Shown piece by piece: positions 1 through 13,289 of a stretch of DNA of 64,000 nucleotides. Below the pieces are notes generated by a model that was not told the origin of the DNA, did not search any database, and saw only the letters and a program-made list of their open reading frames with translations. Both the position numbers and the translations under genes were made by a program. The stretch is from the human T2T-CHM13v2.0 reference genome, Homo sapiens. The stretch is from assembly GCF_009914755.1 (NCBI RefSeq), contig NC_060945.1, one strand, 5' to 3'. The first letter of the stretch is position 1, and every line of letters begins with the position of its first letter.

Positions 1-1022
1 ACTGGGGTGATTTTTTAAGTAATAAAAACAACAATAAGAACTCTAAGCCATATACAAATAACTGATGGGGAAAAAAAACTCTTTTTAGCAAATTATATCA
101 CAGCCAAAAGTAAAATAAAATTCAGTGTTATTTTATTATTTTTACTGAATTGTAATTGTTTAATTATTATAAATGGGAGTCATTGCAAAAAAAAAAGTCA
201 TTTTGGTCATAGTAGCCCATTGATTAATAAGTTCCACTGAATGTTTAACAATATACAGAACATTTTAAACAAAAAAGAGTTAACAGCAAAGAATACATAC
301 TCCTTGATGTTGGTTTCGCTTGTAGCTCTAAATACTGATGGAAAACCTGTTCCCTGTCATAGAAAACTACTTCTCTAAGCACTTGCACTGCACTAATTGA
401 TCTTTTAATTGGCTCAGTCAACACTCTAGTCTTTCTACACAACAAGTTCTAATTGCTACATGCAACTGGAGCAACACTCAGATTATCAAGAAGACAGAGG
501 CATCCTATCAACCTCTGCTTCAAGCAGTGTGCTGGCAAGACACAGATAGGTGTTACACCAGCATGTTAAGAAGCTGGCACAGATGAAAACAAAAACACTT
601 TATTCTCCCATCACAGCAAGTGTTCATATAGAAGTGCATTCACTTCTTTTAATCAAACTAGGAGTATTGAGGGAGGGAGCAAACGGTATAGAGATCAATG
701 TATGTTGTCCAGACTGGTTTCTTAATTTACATGTATTTTTTTCTGAAATAAAATAAAGGTGCCTTTGCCATTCTTCTCCTGTTCCTCAGCTGTCTTTTGC
801 ACCCATAAAACCTGAATTTATTTACTTGTTACCAGGTGACAAGTACTTGGAGGATAAGTCCTTTCCTTTTTTTGTATCTGTAATGCCCATGGCTGGATCA
901 GGCCTTAGGACATAGCAGTCACGTGTGCTATGAATGAGTTTACGTCTAAAATTCACTCCTATTTGATGAATGTCTTTTCTAATTAAGTAATAGCAAGCAA
1001 TCAGTAAAATGTTATAATAAAG

Positions 1023-1192
1023 CAGGATTTCTTAACGCTGGCACTATTGACATTTGGGGCCAGATCATTCTTCTTTGCTGGGCTGTTCTGTGCGCTGCAG
1101 GATATGTGGCAGCATCCCCAGCCTCCACCCACTAGACACCAGTAGTACACAGTAGCCCCCCTAAAAATCACTGCTCCTGTTGAGAAGTCCTG
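1023..1192 (-). mobile_element. MER20 (hAT-Charlie MITE), internally deleted
   Basis: Reverse complement of the MER20 3' half (ggcactattgacatttggggccagat...cagcatccccagcctccacccactaga) with degenerate termini. Confidence 0.8.
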
Positions 1193-1894
1193 GACTAAAG
1201 ATGCCATACATACACAGATCAGATACTTTCCTACAAAACTACGCAATTCAGGCTTATTCATTTCTTTTCGAGAAGTTGTTTTCACTAAAATAACACTCCC
1301 TGGATAGGCTCAGAAATGAAACAGAGAGGAAGGAAAAAAAGCTGATCTAAAGTGATCTAAATCAAACAACTTCAGTGGATTATTAAAAGCAGTCACAACA
1401 AAAAATGAAAATGAAACAAAAAGCCCTCGTAATCCACGTCTCTCTGAAGGAATTGTCTGGGAATTATTTAACCCTCCACCCAGCCTTTCTGTGTGTCATT
1501 CTCCATCCATCCTTGATGACTTGTCTCCTAAGGAGCTTGTTAGGAGTTCTGAATGCAGCCAAGGAGGAGTCAGGTCTCTCACTGACAATGGATTATGCTG
1601 GTGTAAAGCATGCTTTCCAATTTACAGACAGAAGAAAATGAATGGAGAATGGTTCTTTAACTCATTGATTCATTTGTGTCCTTATTTCTTCCCTCACACC
1701 CTTCATTCCTTTTTTCCTCCTTGTGTTTCTCGTCTTTCTACTTCTCTTTCTCCTTTTCCTTCTTGACTTCTAGACTCTTTCATTTCTCTAGATAAACATC
1801 AATGTTTTCTATCTAAATGCTGAAATTAAGAAATATTTTAAAAATAGTTTTGGAATTCATGGCTTTAAAAAAACACATTCAAGGCAGCAATCTT

Positions 1895-2463
1895 TTTTTA
1901 ATTATTATTATACTTTAAGTTCTGGGATACATGTGCAGAATGTGCAGATTTGTTACATAGGTATACACGTGCCATGGTGGTTTGCTGTACCCATCAACCC
2001 ATCATCTACATTAGGGATTTCTCCTAATGCCATCCCTCTCCTAGCCCCTCACCCACCAACAGGCCCTGGTGTGTGATGTTCCTCTCTCTGAGTCCACCTG
2101 TTCTCCTTGTTCAACTCTCACTTATGAGTGAGAACATGCGGTGTTTGGTTTTCTGTTCCTGTGTTAGTTTGCCGAAAACGATGGTTTCCAGCTTCATCCA
2201 TGTCCCTGCAAAGGACATGAACTCATCCTTTTTTATGGCTGCAAAGTATTCCATGGTGTATATGTGCCACATTTTCTTTATCCAGTCTGTCATTGATGGG
2301 TATTTGGGTTGGTTCCAAGTCTTTGCTATTATGAATAATGTTGTAATAAACATACGTGTGCATGTGTCTTTATAGTAGAATGATTTATAATCCCTCTGGG
2401 TATATACCCAGTATGGGGTTTGTGGGTCAAATGATATTTCTAGTTCTAGATCCTTGAGGAATC
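1895..2463 (-). mobile_element. L1PA 3' end, 5'-truncated
   Basis: L1 3'UTR and ORF2 C-terminus (WNQPKYPSMTDWIKKMWHIYTMEY); 16-bp TSD tcaaggcagcaatctt at 1879-1894 and 2462-2477. Confidence 0.95.
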
Positions 2464-2579
2464 AAGGCAGCAATCTTAATAGTGTAGAGTTAAACCTCTT
2501 CAATCACGTTTATAAAAATGCAATGCTTCTTCCAAAAAATGGACTTCCATTGTTGGCTCTTTAAATAACGAGATAAATT

Positions 2580-2637
2580 CATACACTTACATGCACATAC
2601 ACACATGTGCACGCGCGCACACACACACACACACACA
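2580..2637. repeat. (CA)n-rich microsatellite
   Basis: cacacacaca run with cgcg interruption. Confidence 0.9.
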
Positions 2638-3639
2638 AGAAAAATGAACTCTGGCCCATCACAGTACTTTATATGTATTTTAAAATATTTTGAACCCAAG
2701 CACTAAACACCCTGAACCCTAACTTAGCATTCTGAACTTCACAGATACTGTGGAGTGCTTTCTGTGTAAGATTGAAAGCCATTTTAACAGAGTTCCTCCT
2801 GAATCAACCCCACTGTTCCTTGCCCTTGTGCTAGCTTCCTGACTGGTGTCCAGCTGCATCTACTGTTAGGCTTCTGAGAAGCAGCACCTCTTTCCTGATA
2901 CAGGTGATCCACTTTGCAGACTTTGCTTGATGAGAGTCCAACTCTGCTTGTGCAGCCTGATAAATTCTCCTGGGCTTCACTTCCCACATAGAGGGGGGAA
3001 CTCTCTGTGAACTGAATCCACTGTGCCTCCCCCACAGGATTCCTGGTGAAATTAAAACCAATAATGCATCAGAAGCACATAGCACAGGGCTGGGCACATG
3101 GCCTGTGCTCAGAAAATGTTACCTGCTACTGTGCCTTTACTTTCTTATGTTGCCTCCTATTGTTGATCATTTGGATTGTTAGCACCAATACCAGCATTGT
3201 CATCCTGAACACTCAGCACTTACCATTTTTGCCACTTAGTCATGCTCAGCCTCTGCCACCTTGCCTTGCTCTTTATACTTAGAGAGCATGCCTTGTGTCC
3301 CCAACTTTATCATAAGTTGTTGCAGGATAGAAAGGAAATCACGCCTGGTAGATGTAAAATAACCCTTATAACCAGCACAGGACAGGGAGAGAGGGCTGCA
3401 GATACCTATGTTGTTTGGGTCTCTGTAAAGAGAAGCTTTGCTCACCCTGACATTTACAATGGACAGGAGCTCACTCTGTTTAAACACTGTGTGTGCAGAA
3501 GCTTTCCTGCCTGATCTTGTGTCATCCTCGCAGACCCATTTTATCTGTATTTTGCAGGGATCTGGGGCTGGCTGAGGAGAGGTGCCTGTAAATGAGAAAG
3601 CCAGGGGTGGAAGTGCACCTTGAACCTACTTTATCTCAC

Positions 3640-3936
3640 TCACTCTTACCTAGTGCCAAGTGCTGCCCTAAATAATTCATATTTAAGTTATTTAATGTCA
3701 CAACTTAATAATTCATATTAATTAATTCAATTATTTTAATTAATATAATTTAATTAATTGATTCAATTTAATTCATTTATAATTAATATTAATTAAATAT
3801 GAATTATTTAAATCTATATTTAAGTTATGTAATGTCACAACTTAATAATTCGTATTATGTCATTTAATGTCACAACTGCCACTGGTGGTGGGGCAGGGGG
3901 GTTACTGTTTTTATCCCATTTTATGGATAAGGAAAC
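3640..3936 (-). mobile_element. MIR fragment interrupted by an AT-rich rearranged insert
   Basis: gtgccaagtgctg...catttaatgtcacaac...atcccattttatggataaggaaac matches the MIR core. Confidence 0.6.
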
Positions 3937-3960
3937 ACTTACCTCCCTATCTTTGTTTCT

Positions 3961-4325
3961 TTTTTTTTTTTTAATTATACTTTAAGTTTTAGGGTACATG
4001 TGCACAACGTGCAGGTTTGTTACATATGTATACATGTGCCATGTTGGTGTGTTGCACCCATTAACTCCTCATTTAACATTAGGTATATCTCCTAATGCTA
4101 TCACTCCCCACTCCCCCCACCCCACAACAGGCCCCGGTGTATGATGTTCCCCTTCCTGTGTCCATGTGTTCTCATTGTTCAATTCCCACCCATGAGTGAA
4201 AACATACGGTGTTTGGTTTTTTGTCCTTGTGATAGTTTGCTGAGCATGATGGTTTCCAGCTTCATCCATGTCCCTACAAAGGACATGAACTCATCATTTT
4301 TTATGGCTGCACAGTATTCCATGGT
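3961..4325 (-). mobile_element. L1PA (young) 3' end
   Basis: Poly-T followed by L1 3'UTR; 13-bp TSD tatctttgtttct at 3948-3960 and 4325-4337. Confidence 0.95.
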
Positions 4326-4494
4326 ATCTTTGTTTCTAATGTCCATGAATTCTAAGTCTCTCCTGCTGGGAAGAACAAGGAAAAGAAGGATCCTGAGAAG
4401 AGAAGGAGACGTGGTGCAAATGTCAGGGACAGAGGGAAGGTTTTGGCATGAAGCCACCTTGGGAAAAAGAGAGGAAGCCTAAAGAGGAGGCTCC

Positions 4495-4570
4495 GAAGCT
4501 GAGTCCTCCACCCGCCGTGGGAAGAATGGCGCCGCCGCACGTGCGTGGGACAGGGCGATGCCACCTGCGC
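4495..4570. promoter_or_regulatory. CpG micro-cluster with E-box and YY1-like motif
   Basis: 10 CpGs in about 75 bp; CACGTG at 4538-4543; aagaATGGCG. Confidence 0.3.
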
Positions 4571-4922
4571 TGGGTGTGTGCTGGGAACTCAAGAAACAAC
4601 TTTCAGTTCTAATATAACATAATGATGAACTCAACATGGACTCAAGTCTGTTTTTCCTCCTGCTTTATTTTTAGTTAGGGTACATGCAAGCTACTCTTGC
4701 TCTTTGGATCCATGGCTGAATCTGGACACCAGCAGTGACCAGCTCTAGAGTAAAAAAATCAGGAAGGGGGCTGGCCACACTGGGTTGGAGAATCAGACTT
4801 GGGGATACCATGCCATGAGGTGTGTGGCCTCTGGGCAACAAAACAACACCAGTTTAGACTCATCTCCTTGAAACAGAAGGAAAAGCCAGGCTTGAAAACA
4901 TGGGTTAGAACAAGGAATCTTG

Positions 4923-5230
4923 GGCCAGGCGCAGTGGCTCAGGCCTGTAATCTCAGCACTTTGGGAGGCCGAGGCGGGCAGATCACTTGAGGTCAGAAGT
5001 TTGAGACCAGCCTGGCCAACATGGTGAAACCCCGTCTCTACTAAAAATACAAAAATTAGCTGGGTGCGTGGTGGCGCGTGCCTGTAAAACCAGCTACTGG
5101 GTAGGCTGAGGCAGAAGAATCGCTTGAATTTGGGAGGCAGAGGGCTGCAGTGAGCCAAGATCACACCACTGCACTCCAGCCTGGGTGACAGTCTGAAGAT
5201 AAACAAAACAAAACAACAACAACAAAAAAA
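4923..5230 (+). mobile_element. AluS
   Basis: Full dimer with (AAAAC)n tail; TSD aacaaggaatc(t/a)tgg. Confidence 0.95.
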
Positions 5231-6105
5231 CAAGGAATCATGGATGAATAACTAACTTAGCATGCAGAAGATGTCAACAATACCGTGTTTAACATACCAG
5301 CTGTCTTGATTTAGGGCCTTCCAAGAGTTAATTCTCTTTCATTCTACATTCCCTGTGAGGTTTGCATTTCTCAGGTGTTGAGTTAGCTTTAAGGAGAATT
5401 CTTAGACACCTAAACCTCACAGAGAGACACCATCCTACAGCCACACGCCATTTAAGCGAACTCATTTGAGAATGTTTCAGGCTTGCATGATTGGAGTGGG
5501 TGGGGTGTGGACCCTAGATTCTAAGACAGAACCTTGCGCTTAAGGAATTCAGAGCCAAATTACAAACTGGCTGGAGAAACACCTCAGGTGGATCTAATAG
5601 GCCCACTCAGAAAGCAGAAGAAAGCTGTGTCCTAGAGTGAGCAGATCCTCTGTGGAGGAGGAGCCCCTTTGAAATGAAATGACAAAGGGTGACCAGGGTT
5701 GAGTGGAGCGTCTAGACATGGAAAGTGGTAGAAATGATTACGGTACTACAAAAGGATTTACCTCAGCCCTGGTTCAATCCTATCTCCTCCAAAGTGTCTT
5801 ATTTGAGGCTTTTTTTCCCCTCTGAATACACATTTCTAGCTTCATAATAGGAAAGAAGAAGAAAAATGAATTTATTTCATGGCCAACTTTTTGTGGTGAG
5901 AGATAAGAAAAACAGACTTTTTAAAAGGTTCACATTTAGCATTTGAAGAAACTGAATTCTGAAAAACGTGAATTCCTTACCTGGGTTCACACAGCTCGTT
6001 TGGGAGGAAATGTGGGTGAAAGTACAAGTCTCTGGCAAAGTTGGAATAATCCAGCACTCTTTGTGTAGGAAGAAGGCACAATAGGAAAATGTGCATATGG
6101 GCTTC

Positions 6106-6414
<309 letters not shown>

Positions 6415-7089
6415 TAAAAAAACAGTAAAAATATAGAAAGAGGGAACACCAAAACAGTAAAATCAGGTTACCTACAATGGGACGTAAGATATCAGTGATG
6501 AGAACATGAAAACGTGAAGCTTTTATAAGTAAAACTGTAATATTTTGATTTTTGAAGACATGTTTAGAGTCCACACATTTTTAGAAAAAAATTAGTAAGA
6601 ATGAGGAGGAGAAAAAAAAAAAACTAAAACCAAAAGCAGACTGAAAAAAAAGAAGATGATTGTATTTCAAATGAGTACCAGACAATGATAAAGGGGAATA
6701 AAGAAAGTGAGAAAGCAGGAAAGAGGTACTGGAAAGAAGGGAAGGAGGGAAGAGGGAAGCAGGGGCGGGGAGAAGAAAATCCAAGTAACCTGAAGGAGGG
6801 AAAATCCAACAAATTTATGAACACAGTATCTGACTTTAGAACCTCTGTTTTGGGTAGAGTGGAATGGGAACAGGAGAATTGCAAACAAATCCTGACTACT
6901 TGTAATAAATAAATTAGTAATTAGGTAATAAATTGCATTAATAATCAGATGAATTAAAATTCATCTAATCAAAAGAATTTCTTGTAGTGTATGGGCAAAA
7001 AAAAAAAAAAAAAAACAAATCCTGTGACCGTTTTGGATGTATTGAAAGAGGAGCAAATATAAAAATGTGCTGATGTTTGAGAACCCTCA

Positions 7090-9110
7090 GGTTCTCAAAC
7101 AGGCACTGCAGGGTTCTCACTGCAGAAAAAGGAATATGCAAATATGTAATGGAAGAAAGAAACAAGGGACTCTGTGGGGATAGATTTGAATTCGAGGTAC
7201 TGGCATGAAGTCATGATTTCTAAAATATGCGTGCTTATGTAGATATATTTTGTGTATATTTGCTTGCATGAATATATTGGAAATATACATATACATGTAT
7301 ATATTTCTTCTCTGCCCATTGAAAGGGCCAAGAAATTGTGAGAGGAAAATAAAATCTCAGAACCCCAAACTCCCTATGCCAAACGGAAAGTTAAGCTTAA
7401 GAACTAAGCCTCTCAAAAACCGCCTAGCTGTAATTTCACACGCTTACTTTGTCTTATGTAAAATGCAGATTTACTGAGCCCGAGATGAATGCACAATTGA
7501 CTTTTCCTCCCACTCCTTTCTCTCCACATGTAAAATGTAGATCCACTGAGTGCCAATCAGAGCCTCACAAGCATGAAACCACTTGCCTCATTGCCTACCC
7601 TCCCCCTGGCCCTCCTGCTGGTTCTTTCCACTTTAAATATTGAAGCCCTCTAAACCCTCTGGAAAAAGCACAGATCCTACTGTGACTTGTGTTTCTTTTT
7701 CCTAGGTGCATCCTCAACGTTGGCAAAATAAACCTTTGAATCGACTGAGATCTGCCTCGGTCATGTTTAACAAAAACAAAGACATTCAGTAGCTATGAGT
7801 ACTCCTAGAGCTCAGCTCTTCACTGCAAATGCCATCCCCCACTAAAAGGAACAAGAGCTCTTCAGAGGAATAGCTAATTCCAGGGCTTGGGGCAGGGTAG
7901 GTCAGCATGAGCTGGAAAGGAAGAAAGTAGCTTATAGAATGAGAGAACTATGTTGTAAGGACACAGGAGCCACCAACGGAGATCCCAGTGGCCAAATTGT
8001 GGACAACTGGAATCCCAAAATAATGCAAGTAGAATAATGAACTATTGACAAATAGGAATTCATGAATACACAGGCATAAAAAGTAAGGAGAGAGGGATGG
8101 ATCCTATAGTAGAATGCCAAAATCTGACTGACAGATGTGGAAAGCATGTCGGAGTTGGAAAATCAGCATTCTGCAATAATCATGGCAAAGACTGGATCAG
8201 GCAAGTATTGTCAATGCGTGTATTTAAATCTAAAGGGATTTTTTTTTATGAGAATCAGGATATTTTCAGGGTCTTAAAATGTCATCCCATTGACTGCTTA
8301 TTAGTTGCAAAGGAGAGAAAAATAGTAACTCAACAGTGAAGATATCAAACTCCACTTTAACCAAGTGATCAATGTTAACATCACCAAAGAGGGCTGGATG
8401 GCCGTTGAGTGTCCCCAGATATGGTACTCTGAGAAGGACACACCATTCCCTATGTAGTATTTCAGCATGGAGCACATGACCTGAATGTAATCACACACAG
8501 AAAAAAATCAGAGAAGCCCACGATGAGAAATGTTCTATTAAAATAAGCAGGGGCATGGGCTGACTATATTCTTCAAAATGTTAACATCTCAAACACAAAG
8601 AAAGCCTGTGGAAATATTCCTGATTCAACAGGGGAACTAAAAAGACAAGACGATGAAATGCACTACCTGATACCAGAGGGATCCTGTACTGCAGGAAAAA
8701 TGCTCTAAAGGACATTACTGGGTCAACGGACACATTTGGAACATAAATGGTAGATTAGATAAAACATGTTATCAATGTTAAAATACCAAAGTAGATAAGT
8801 GTACCATGATTATGTAAGAACATATCCTTATTCTTAGGAAATAGCCCAGGAAGAATTTAGGCATAAAAGGGCATGATATACGTAACTTACCCTCAAATAG
8901 TTCAGAAAAACAGGTACGTGTGTGTGAACACACGTGTATGCATATGTGTGTGTGCACATGTACATTTGAATGGAGAGAGAAAAAACACAAAGGCAAAGCA
9001 AATGGTAAAAATGTGTGTGCTAAATGATTCGTGTCTGCTCTTCATGTTATTTTCATTTTTGTAACATGCCTTTTAGTTAGAAATTATTTTCAAATAAAAA
9101 GTTTGAAAAT
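7090..9110 (+). mobile_element. L1MC-type old L1 3' region, split by an LTR
   Basis: L1MC 3'UTR-like motifs (cccactaaaaggaac, gggcatgat...acttaccctcaaatagttcag) ending in aaataaaaagtt. Confidence 0.7.
7337..7772 (+). mobile_element. ERV1 solo LTR, MER4 family
   Basis: TG...CA ends; start tgtgagaggaaaataaaatctcagaaccccaaactc; aataaa near the 3' end. Confidence 0.75.
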
Positions 9111-9249
9111 GATGCTTGTACACACTGAATGCATCTACAAATGGCTGTCGTGAAACAGCCCATTGTCGTGATGTTGCTGAGAGGCCATCATTAATCAATA
9201 CATATATATTAATATGTCATTCCTGATGTTTTACATCACATTTTAATTG

Positions 9250-9400
9250 TCCACTAGAGCTTTGATTTCCAAACCTTGCCCTTTAATGGGTTGTATCTGA
9301 ATCCCCTAGGATGCTTTTAAATAATAGAAATTCCAGGAACCCGGAACCTGATATAGAAGGTCTTGTGGGGGGCTCGGAATCTGTTTTTCAAACAACCACT
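9250..9400. mobile_element. MER5-like hAT fragment
   Basis: gaatcccctagg...ggaatctgtttttcaaacaa resembles MER5. Confidence 0.45.
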
Positions 9401-10633
9401 GGAAAGAGAATACATCCATGCATATACTTATGAGCAACATGTTCTTTAAAATTCCACCCAATTTTTGTGTTTGTAAAGTGACATTCCAATCGTGTCAGTC
9501 CTTCACACTTGCACTGTATACTTAATCTCTTTTGATTCTTTCCTATAGACCATCACTTCACCCTGGACTGCCCAGGCATCATCCACTGAATATCCCCCGA
9601 GGCCAGGTTAAACATTGGTTCAGGACATTCTATTCCCTACATCCCTCACTCAGTCGTCCTGCTTTCACTGTTCTATAGGCTACCACATGTATCAGCTCTA
9701 TTCCCCTTCTGATCCTAATCACCCCTGGGATCAAATCTGAGCTATCATCACAACCTCCACGTTTCACCTATTAGAGAAATGATCCTCAGGTAGAAGGGCT
9801 TGTTATCCTTCCAGACGTCTCTGTGATTCTCAACCTGCCTGGTCACCTTTCCTGTTTGTTCCTTCTTTTTTATCAAAACATCTTTATATGTTACAGAGAG
9901 ATATTACACACAGCATTTTGTTTCAGCACAGCAATTTGTTCATTTGATCGCATCTAACTGAAGTATCTGTCAAGGATGAGATAAACGTGGTTTCACAATG
10001 GGGACTATCACCCAACCTGGCAGTCTCACCTCTCAACTGCCTTCTGGGCCTGCCTAGATAAAAGCTGTTGTTCTGTGCTGTAAAATAACAAAATAACGTT
10101 GGTGTGTTTTTCCTCCCCACCAAATAGCCCACAGCCATTCTCCTAAAATTGATGACGTTTTCTTTTTTTGACACCTTCTTTAACTGGTTCAGTTACAAGC
10201 TTATCTGATTTTGATATCAATGTCTCAATTCCAGCTTAATCCTTAAATAAGTAATGAATGAAGCAATGACTCAAATGGCATCACCCCGTTTTATGGACCT
10301 GAGCATGTTTCACACAGTGCGCCCGCTGCTCAACCTCATGGGCACTGAGTTTTCTGTGTTGTAGTGAACAAGTTTTCAGCTAAAACTAATCAAGGAAAGA
10401 TCAACAGGCTGCCCTACAAGAATATAAACTACAAGGAAATTTTATGATGTGTGCATACACTTGTTATCTAAATACTTGTTTAAAAAATAATAGAAGGTTC
10501 ATCAAGTCTCAACATCTTACTGAATCAATAAAAATTCAAAATGCCTGTGTTTTATGAGTGACCAGGAGTGACCTTTCCCCACCTCTCTACCCAAGGCTCC
10601 AGGGTAATTTGAAAATGACAGCTCTGGATACAG

Positions 10634-11312
10634 TAGTGGTTCTCCAGGTGTAGTCCCTGGACAAACAGCATCACCCAGGAACTTGTTAGAAAAGCAAGTT
10701 CTTCCTTCCACACGTCCACGTGTTCTCGTCATTTAGCTCCCACTTACAAGTGAGAACATTCGGTATTTGATTTTTCTGTTCCTGCATTAGTTTGCTAAGG
10801 ATAATGACTTCCAGCTCTATCTATGTCCCTATGAAGAACATAATCTCATTCTTCATGGCTGCATAGTATTCCATGGTGTGTATGTATCACATTTTCTTTA
10901 TCCAGTCTATCACCGATGGACACTTAGGTCAATTCCATGTCTTTTCTATTGTTACTAGTGCTGCAATGAACATACATGTGCTTGTGTCTTTATAATAGAA
11001 TTATTTATATTCCTTTGAGTATATACCCAATAATGGGATTGCTGGGGCCTATTGGACAGTAGAGGGTGGGAACAGGGAGAGGACCAGGGAGAATAACTAA
11101 TAGATATTAAGCTTAATACATGGGTGATGAAATAATCTATACAACAGATCGCATGACACACGTTTACCTATGTAACGAACTTGCACATGTACCTCTGAAC
11201 TTAAAAGTTAAAAAAAAAAAAAGAAAAACAAGTACTCAGGCCCCACCCCTGACCTACTGAATTAAAAAAGTCTATTATGAGGCCCAACAATGTTTTAACA
11301 AGCCCTCCTCCA
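10634..11312. mobile_element. MER5A split by an L1 insertion
   Basis: tagtggttctc...gaacttgttagaaa before the L1 and caggccccacccctgacctactgaat...ttttaacaagccctcc after it. Confidence 0.8.
10703..11222 (+). mobile_element. Older L1PA 3' end with 5' inversion
   Basis: 10703 to ~11045 is antisense L1; ~11042-11222 is sense 3'UTR plus polyA; TSD agaaaagcaagttct / agaaaaacaagtact. Confidence 0.9.
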
Positions 11313-11557
11313 AGAGCTACATCATTGTCCAGGTGCTGGAGATCTCAAGGCTGATACTAGCTTCACGAATTCTTTGACCAAGTGAAATCAAATAGGAAAA
11401 GAGAATATACATAAGTTTTCTAAAGTTTTTCTTAAGCCTAAACTATGTGTTTAACTATCCAATTAAAGTTGAATATTCATTATTTTTCCTGTTTTTTGAA
11501 GTTATTATGGAGAACATTTGCTGCATTCTTTATTTGGCTGGAGATGCTTATAGTAAC

Positions 11558-11761
11558 CAAGGCTGAGTTATGGTGCTTGCCTGAGGTGCAAATTCAAAGG
11601 CGCAAAACTCATAAATCAAGATGAATATTAATGCAATATTTAAAAAGTCAACACTAATCCAAACAATTATGATGAACAAAATAACAAAATTATAAATGGA
11701 GATTAGGCCAGCCCGGAACTTTTATGACTAACCCTCTTACATCACTCTAATCCTGGCCTTG
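11558..11761 (+). mobile_element. MER96B-like hAT element
   Basis: caaggctg...cctggccttg termini; internal cttgcctgaggtgcaaa...aatcaagat...aatgcaatattt...atgatgaacaaaat. Confidence 0.65.
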
Positions 11762-12274
11762 TTAGTGATAACCTCATACTATCATCAATACATTGTGATA
11801 ACCTTGGAAGAGGAGTGTATCAGTTGTGTCTCATATATGCTCATTTTTTCCTGAGTGTTTTGCCAATGGCATGGTCATAGATGGCAGCGTATAATGGGAG
11901 CAGAGAGGACTGGGGACCAGCTAAGTGGAGCACAGGCAAAGTAATGTTCCAGAAGCCTGGGGAAGGTGCCATCCGGGGGGACCTAAGCCAGGATTTGAGG
12001 TAGACGTGGGAGAGTAGAAACAAGTGGGAGACTGGAAACAGCTGGGAGTGATGGACATAACTATTTGCCAAATGCCATGATGGGACAGCGATTAAAACAA
12101 GTAAAAAGTCATGGTTAAGTTCACACAAATAACAGGAGACAGAAAAAGCCTGTGAGCCATAAAATTAGGCAAAGCTGAAAGGAGGGAGTTGGCCTTGAGA
12201 CCAGGAAAGAAAGTGGGCCTGCACTAGAAGAGACAGTCCCAGAAGGTAGCATGACATATATAAAAAGTCAAGAT

Positions 12275-12560
12275 GCCAGGCATAGTGGCTCATGCCTGTA
12301 ATTCCAGCACTTTGGGAGTCCGAGGTGGGAGGATCGCTTGAGGACCGGAGTTCAAGATCAGCCTGGGCAACATAGCAAGATCTTGTTTCTACTTAAAAAA
12401 AAAATTTAAAATTAGCTAGCTGTGGTGTCTCAGCTCTCACCTGTAGTCCCAGCTACTGGAGAGGTTGAGGCAGGAGGACTGCTTGAGCCCAGGAGTTCAA
12501 GGTTGTAGTGAGTTATAATCATGCCACTGTAGCCCAGCCTGGGCAACACAGCAAGAAAAC
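12275..12560 (+). mobile_element. AluJ
   Basis: ggaggatcgcttgag...agcctgggcaacatagcaaga (J diagnostics). Confidence 0.9.
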
Positions 12561-12714
12561 ACAAAAATACAAGTCAACAGCTAGGACATCGTTTGGAACT
12601 ACGCATACGTATATAGATCTGCAACCAGCTTTTTTCAATTAGCAATATATTCAGAGAAAAATTTTGTATCAGAAAATATGGTAGTGCTTCATTTTAAGGC
12701 AACGCCATGGTATC

Positions 12715-12818
12715 TGTATTAGTCAGGACTTTCCAGAGACAGAACCAGTAAGAATGGATGGATAGAGATTTGATACACAGAGGATTGACTGATAGGTAGA
12801 CAGATGACAGATAGATGG

Positions 12819-12862
<44 letters not shown>

Positions 12863-13256
12863 TAGATAGACAGACAGACAGATAGACAGACAGATAGATA
12901 ATGTGATTTATTTTAAGGTATTTGCTCAGGGGATTGTAGAGCCTGGCAAGTCCTGATTCTACAAGCAGGTTGGCAAGCTGGGTCCCAAGGAAGAGCTGAT
13001 GCTGTAGCTCTGGTCTGAGGGCAGTCTGGAAGTAGATTTTCTTCTTCCTCTGGGGATCTCAATCTTCTTCTCTTAAGGCCTTCAGCTGATTGGATGAGGC
13101 CCACCCATGTTATGGCAGGTAATACACTTTACTAAAAGTCTACAATTTAAAGTTTAATCATAGCTAAAAAATAGCTTCACAGTAACATGTAGACTGGTGT
13201 TTAAGCAAACACTGTGCACCATGGCCTACCCGGGCAACACATGAAATTAACCAACA
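12715..13256 (-). mobile_element. MLT2 (C/D-type) ERVL solo LTR
   Basis: tgtattagtcagg...ctgattggatgaggcccaccca...aaattaaccaaca. Confidence 0.85.
12790..12900. repeat. (GACA)n/(GATA)n compound microsatellite
   Basis: Tetranucleotide run inside the MLT2 LTR. Confidence 0.95.
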
Positions 13257-13289
13257 ATAACCATGAAATTAAATGTAACCATTACAGTT

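Noticed and set aside
4793-5233. 146-aa ORF and other Alu-derived ORFs (6172, 17780, 22317, 33719, 38558, 53219, 61570)
   Set aside because: Typical antisense-Alu translations, not genes
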